Of a stretch of DNA of 64,000 nucleotides, positions 58,162 through 64,000 are shown piece by piece. The stretch comes from Eubacteriaceae bacterium (GTDB lineage: Bacteria > Bacillota > Clostridia > Eubacteriales > Eubacteriaceae): assembly GCA_016650045.1 (NCBI GenBank), contig JAENWK010000001.1, positions 17,094-81,093 on the forward strand. Direction: 5' to 3'. Position 1 is the first letter of the stretch. Every line of letters begins with the position of its first letter. The notes under the pieces are model-generated. The model was not told the origin of the DNA, did not search any database, and worked only from the letters and a program-made list of their open reading frames with translations. The translations under genes were made by a program, and so were the position numbers.

Positions 58162-58806
58162 ATGAACCGATTTCGTGATCCGATTAATGCATTAACCCAT
58201 CTCATTGGGGCGATTTTATCCGTGATTGGCATTGTGGCCATGTTCTGGCTGATTATTGCAAAAAATAATGTGACGCCTTTAACCCTTATTTCAGTTTTTG
58301 CCTTTGGCCTGGGACTGATTTGTCTGTACACGACGAGTTTTACTTATCATGCTTCTCTTGGAAGTAAAGAACGGGTTCTTCATTTAAAGAAAAGGGATCA
58401 TGCCATGATTTTTATTCTTATTGCCGGAACCTACACCCCATTTTGTCTGCTTGCTCTCTCAGGAACCTTGCGACTTGTCATGATGATTGCAATTTGGGGA
58501 ATAGCTATCATTGGAATCGTTCTAAAAGTATTGTGGATTAATATGCCGCGATGGCTCGGCACCGGATTATACATTTTTTTAGGGTGGTTTGCACTTTTTG
58601 CATTAGGGCCGCTTTATGCAGCATTACCTTTACCCGGATTCATTCTTTTAGTTGCCGGTGGTGTGATGTATACGGTAGGCGGTGTTATTTACGCCATTAA
58701 AAAGCCTAACTTTTCTACAAATTTTGGATTCCACGAATTCTTTCATATCTTTGTGCTTTTAGGATCTTTGTGCCATTATGGTTGTATATTCTTCTTTATT
58801 CTTTAA
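58162..58806 (+). CDS. hemolysin III family (PAQR) membrane protein
   Basis: 214 aa with 7 TM segments. Conserved His residues (NALTHLIG, HEFFHIFVLLGSLCH). Confidence 0.85.
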   Translation: MNRFRDPINALTHLIGAILSVIGIVAMFWLIIAKNNVTPLTLISVFAFGLGLICLYTTSFTYHASLGSKERVLHLKKRDHAMIFILIAGTYTPFCLLALSGTLRLVMMIAIWGIAIIGIVLKVLWINMPRWLGTGLYIFLGWFALFALGPLYAALPLPGFILLVAGGVMYTVGGVIYAIKKPNFSTNFGFHEFFHIFVLLGSLCHYGCIFFFIL

Positions 58807-58896
58807 TTAAAAGGTGCTATTGAAAAAATATGGTGATAAAAGTAAAATTCCTATTGTAATTTTTTCAGAATCCGTTAAAATATAATAGTATTGTAA

Positions 58897-60594
<1,698 letters not shown>

Positions 60595-60602
60595 AAAAAA
60601 AA

Positions 60603-60630
60603 GTCGGGATCCTAGATCTTGACTTTTTTT
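60603..60630 (+). terminator. intrinsic terminator after pyrG
   Basis: gtcgggatc-cta-gatcttgac (two G-U pairs) followed by T7. An A run lies upstream. Confidence 0.65.
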
Positions 60631-60853
60631 ATGGATAAAAACACAACATCTATAACTGTGGACAATTGTGGATAACTTTTAAACACCTGTGAATTAGCTC
60701 AAAAATTGTGGAGAACATAGGTTTTATCTGTGGATAGTGTGGATAAAGTTGTTAAATGAATAGGAAACCCATGAATAGAGCCAAAGGTTCTCTTAAGATA
60801 TCCACCAGGGGTTGTTCATAAATTAAATAGTTTTAACCACAGCCTGTGGAAAA
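60630..60853. promoter_or_regulatory. DnaA-box cluster
   Basis: Matches to TGTGGATAA / TTATCCACA. Perfect at 60667 and 60738. One mismatch at 60630, 60657, 60707, 60729, 60833 (opposite strand) and 60845. Two mismatches at 60798 (opposite strand). Confidence 0.7.
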
Positions 60854-60864
60854 GAAAAAGGTCA

Positions 60865-60893
60865 TTGCCAGGAAGTTTCAACGGGGATATAAT
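60865..60893 (+). promoter_or_regulatory. candidate nadE promoter
   Basis: TTGCCA, 17 nt, TATAAT. Lies 12 nt downstream of the last DnaA box. Confidence 0.55.
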
Positions 60894-60944
60894 GAGAGGC
60901 ATCAATCTTGGCTGATTGAGAATTAAAGATAAAAGGTGAATTAA

Positions 60945-62885
60945 ATGCATAAATATGGTTTTGCCAGAACAGCCTGTGCTGTTCCAAAAATAAAACTGGC
61001 AGATTGTCAGTATAACGTTGAAGAAATGATTCGTATGGCGGAAAAAGCCCTGGATCAAGGTGTTGAGGTTTTGCTTTTTCCTGAACTTGGAATCACCGGC
61101 TATACCTGTGGTGATTTGTTTTTCCAGCGGGAACTTCAAAATAACGCCATTATTGCTCTGGATCAATTACGTGAGTGGTCGGTGAATAAAAAAATACTTT
61201 TGGTAGCAGGAATCCCATTGGTGGTGGGGGGAAGCCTTTACAATTGCGGCGTGGTTCTGAATTCAGGAAAAATTTTGGGGATCGTTCCCAAAACCTTTAT
61301 TCCTAACAATCAGGAATTTTATGAAAAGCGTTGGTTTGCCTCTTCAAAATCCCTGAACCAGTCTGAAATCACTTTTTTGGGACAAGTGGTACCCATGGGA
61401 ACGGATTTGCTTTTCCAAAACAGTCACATGAAAGATTTGGTGGTTGCCATTGAAATCTGTGAAGATTTATGGGCTCCTATTCCACCGGGAAGCTATCACG
61501 CATTGGCAGGGGCTACCCTTATTCTAAATCCCTCTGCCAGTAATGAGATCGTGGGTAAAAGCGATTATCGTCGGGAACTGATCCGTTCCCAATCCGGGCG
61601 ATGTAATGCCGGTTATCTCTACACCTCGGCAGGGTTTGGGGAATCAACCACGGATTTGGTTTTTGGCGGACACGCACTTATTTGTGAAATGGGAGTCTTG
61701 TTAAAAGAACTGCCTAAGTACAACCTTGGGGATGAACTGCTGGTGGCGGACATTGACATAGAAGCCTTAATTCATGACCGACAAACCCAGCACTGTTTTT
61801 CAGATTCAGCCAATTTGATTAAAGACCGGAACTATCGCAGAATTCTCTTTGAGTCCCGGGACTGTCTTGAGTTTCAGCGAGATGTGAATCCCTTTCCCTT
61901 TGTTCCAAGTGATCCAAACCGACGCAGTGAACGCTGCGAAGAGATTTTTAATATCCAAACCATGGGTTTGGCCACACGGCTAAAACATATCGGAAATGCA
62001 CCAATGGTAGTTGGGATTTCCGGGGGACTGGACTCCACCATGGCATTACTGGTCTGTGTCAATGTTTGTGATCGATTTAAGATTCCCAGAGAGAAAATCC
62101 ATGCGGTAACCATGCCCGGTTTTGGAACCACCGATCGCACCTACGATAACGCAGTGGCGCTCATCAAGGGATTAGGTGCGACATTTCATGAGATTTCCAT
62201 TGTGGAAGCCTGCGAGGCTCATTTTAAAGATATCGGGCAGTCCATTGATGTGTATGATGTAACCTATGAAAATGCCCAGGCCCGGGAACGAACGCAAATA
62301 CTCATGGATCTTTCCAATCAGCTTGGGGGAATTGTCATTGGCACCGGCGATCTTTCAGAACTGGCATTGGGATGGGCCACTTATAATGGGGATCATATGT
62401 CCATGTACAGCGTCAACGCCAGTGTCCCAAAAACCCTCATTCGATATTTGGTGGAATGGGTGGCTGATCATTCAAAAGAAAATGACATCAAAGAAATACT
62501 TTATGATGTATTGGATACACCGGTTTCACCAGAGCTATTACCTCCCGACGATGAAGGGAATATACAGCAGAAAACCGAAGAGGTGGTTGGACCCTATGAA
62601 CTACATGATTTTTTCACCTACCAAATGGTGCGCTATGGCTTTAGTCCTGAAAAAGTCTATTTTCTGGCACTGAAAGCCTTTGAAGATGTTTATGAAACAC
62701 CGGAAATTTTGAAGTGGCTGAAACGGTTTTATCGTCGTTTCTTCAGTCAACAGTTTAAAAGGTCCTGCGTGCCGGATGGTCCAAAGGTTGGTTCGGTGTC
62801 GTTTTCACCTCGAGGAGACTGGCGAATGCCTTCAGATGCCCATGCTACCCAATGGTTGAACGCCCTTGAAAATATAGAAGCGTAA
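60945..62885 (+). CDS. nadE: glutamine-dependent NAD+ synthetase (long form)
   Basis: 646 aa. N-terminal CN-hydrolase domain (EICEDLW). PP-loop GISGGLDST. Confidence 0.9.
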   Translation: MHKYGFARTACAVPKIKLADCQYNVEEMIRMAEKALDQGVEVLLFPELGITGYTCGDLFFQRELQNNAIIALDQLREWSVNKKILLVAGIPLVVGGSLYNCGVVLNSGKILGIVPKTFIPNNQEFYEKRWFASSKSLNQSEITFLGQVVPMGTDLLFQNSHMKDLVVAIEICEDLWAPIPPGSYHALAGATLILNPSASNEIVGKSDYRRELIRSQSGRCNAGYLYTSAGFGESTTDLVFGGHALICEMGVLLKELPKYNLGDELLVADIDIEALIHDRQTQHCFSDSANLIKDRNYRRILFESRDCLEFQRDVNPFPFVPSDPNRRSERCEEIFNIQTMGLATRLKHIGNAPMVVGISGGLDSTMALLVCVNVCDRFKIPREKIHAVTMPGFGTTDRTYDNAVALIKGLGATFHEISIVEACEAHFKDIGQSIDVYDVTYENAQARERTQILMDLSNQLGGIVIGTGDLSELALGWATYNGDHMSMYSVNASVPKTLIRYLVEWVADHSKENDIKEILYDVLDTPVSPELLPPDDEGNIQQKTEEVVGPYELHDFFTYQMVRYGFSPEKVYFLALKAFEDVYETPEILKWLKRFYRRFFSQQFKRSCVPDGPKVGSVSFSPRGDWRMPSDAHATQWLNALENIEA

Positions 62886-62920
62886 AAAAGTTTATGAGGG
62901 GCAATAAATCAAGCGACAAA

Positions 62921-62956
62921 AAAAGACAGCTCCTTTGACTAGGTGCTGTCTTTTTT
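62921..62956. terminator. bidirectional terminator between nadE and the XRE gene
   Basis: aaagacagc...gctgtcttt stem with an A run upstream and T6 downstream. Confidence 0.7.
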
Positions 62957-63025
62957 AGTAACAATAAATAAGTCACCGAAAATTCCTGAAAAAGATCTGC
63001 AGAATATACCGGTTTAACAAGAGAC

Positions 63026-63430
63026 TCAGTTTTTGTTGGAATAATGCTGAACGAGGACTTCCTGTTTAAAGTTGATAAAATCCAAAATTTCTTTTTTAGC
63101 TTCTTCACTTGCCAGAGCATATCCGAAAAGACCCATCAGATCCTTCATTTCTAAAGGTTTAGACAGTTGTTCGGTGGGATCCTGACATCCTTCCAATTTA
63201 AGCTTTGCATCGTTTAACGATGTTGGATTGTTGGTGCGACAAAGTAGATAATCAACGGATACATTGAAATAATCTGCAATTTCCATGAGTAATTGATTTT
63301 CTGGAAGGTTCTTATCCTTTTCATATTTGGATATAGAACTTTTATTTAAGTCAAAATGTTCGGCAAAATCTTGTTGAGTCATGTCCTTATTAATTCTTAG
63401 ACTTTTTAATCGTGTTCCAAAAGTTGACAT
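63026..63430 (-). CDS. XRE-family helix-turn-helix transcriptional regulator
   Basis: LKSLRINKDMTQQDFAEHFDLNKSSISKYEKDKNLP HTH_3 motif. 134 aa. Confidence 0.85.
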   Translation of the reverse strand: MSTFGTRLKSLRINKDMTQQDFAEHFDLNKSSISKYEKDKNLPENQLLMEIADYFNVSVDYLLCRTNNPTSLNDAKLKLEGCQDPTEQLSKPLEMKDLMGLFGYALASEEAKKEILDFINFKQEVLVQHYSNKN

Positions 63431-63736
63431 CTGGTGTACCTCCTGTTTTTAAATGAATCTTAAAGTGTAATCAAACCTATTGATGAGATTAACTTTCAAT
63501 GGTAGTATACACTATTTAGTTACAATGTTACCAGAATTTTATAAATAAATGCCGAACTGGAAATATATTTGCCCTTTATGGGAAGGAAAGTCATAATTTC
63601 TTAATAAAAGCCCCGATTTTTCTTAATAAAAGAAAGAATAGTCACGGAGAATTCACAAAAAAAGAAATAATACTCCTTGTGTTTTAGTATTTGTTAGTCT
63701 ACAATTAGATGTTATATATTCGAGAAAGGATACTAA

Positions 63737-64000
63737 ATGAAATTTACAGAATTAAAGATTGATGAAAAATTGTTGCAAGGTCTCGAAGAGATGGGCTTTG
63801 TAGAAATGACCGATATCCAAGAGCAAGCTATTCCACAACTGATGACGGGAGGAGACCTTATTGGTAAATCCCAAACAGGAACAGGGAAAACCGTGGCATT
63901 CGCCATACCTGCTATAGAAAAGCTTGATCTTACCATAAAGAAAGTGCAAGTTTTAGTACTTTGCCCAACCAGAGAGTTGGCAGTTCAGGTCTCAGATGAA
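63737..64000 (+). CDS. DEAD-box ATP-dependent RNA helicase (5' partial, runs off the window)
   Basis: Hand translation from ATG 63737: MKFTELKIDEKLLQGLEEMGFVEMTDIQEQAIP (Q motif), SQTGTGKT (motif I), PTRELA (motif Ia). Not in the ORF track because there is no stop in the window. Confidence 0.85.
   Translation, partial: MKFTELKIDEKLLQGLEEMGFVEMTDIQEQAIPQLMTGGDLIGKSQTGTGKTVAFAIPAIEKLDLTIKKVQVLVLCPTRELAVQVSDE

Noticed and set aside
60630-60853. Interpretation of the DnaA-box cluster as the chromosomal replication origin
   Set aside because: There is no adjacent dnaA or dnaN, and no clear AT-rich unwinding element or DnaA-trio run next to the boxes. It is flanked by pyrG and nadE. Reported as a DnaA-box cluster or regulatory site instead.
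63596-63633. Direct repeat tttcttaataaaag x2 in the long leader of the DEAD-box helicase gene
   Set aside because: It is short, AT-rich and low-complexity. It may belong to a cold-shock-type 5' UTR, but that cannot be supported from sequence alone.

Overview
The window comes from a low-GC Gram-positive genome that looks like Clostridia. The species cannot be determined from the sequence alone. Almost every gene can be assigned a function.

(1) 1-27.0 kb is a large anaerobic (early cobalt insertion) cobalamin cluster. It reads (cbiA tail)-pduX-cbiC-cbiL-cbiD-cbiE-cbiT, then an embedded znuABC-zur zinc uptake operon. Next comes a cobalamin riboswitch driving cbiMNQO-hemA-sirC and a fused hemC/cobA/hemD gene. 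The cluster ends with hemB, hemL and cbiK-cbiF-cbiG-cbiH-cbiJ-cobQ-cbiB-cobD-cobU. No cobS, cobT, cobC or adenosyltransferase gene lies in the window.

(2) 27.1-31.5 kb is a small accessory patch. It holds a sensor kinase, an internally deleted response-regulator relic, a SEC-C motif protein, a patatin-like lipase and a polytopic membrane protein.

(3) 31.7-64 kb is the conserved origin-proximal Firmicute housekeeping block: murC, purR, spoVG, glmU, prs, pth, mfd, a PrsA-like PPIase, a yabM/spoVB-like flippase, mazG, hup, yabO and a divIC-like gene. It continues with ppx, five tRNAs, tilS, hpt, ftsH, coaX, dus, folC, a 5-formyl-THF cyclo-ligase, DUF1638, hlyIII, pyrG, nadE, an XRE regulator and the start of a DEAD-box helicase.

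I found no CRISPR array, transposase, integrase, prophage or recognisable defence operon, and no convincing novel multi-gene protein system.

The signals most worth a second look are non-coding or architectural:
- a dense DnaA-box cluster between pyrG and nadE;
- a family of modular palindromic intergenic repeats, two copies of which bracket the riboswitch-cbiMNQO-hem module in inverted orientation, with a third related structured element between hemB and hemL;
- a trifunctional HemC-CobA-HemD fusion;
- B12-riboswitch control that probably extends into the early tetrapyrrole genes;
- two gene relics made by large internal deletions (a response regulator and an fmt-like formyltransferase).

All coordinates were refined by eye from the sequence and the ORF track. 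No database searches were possible.
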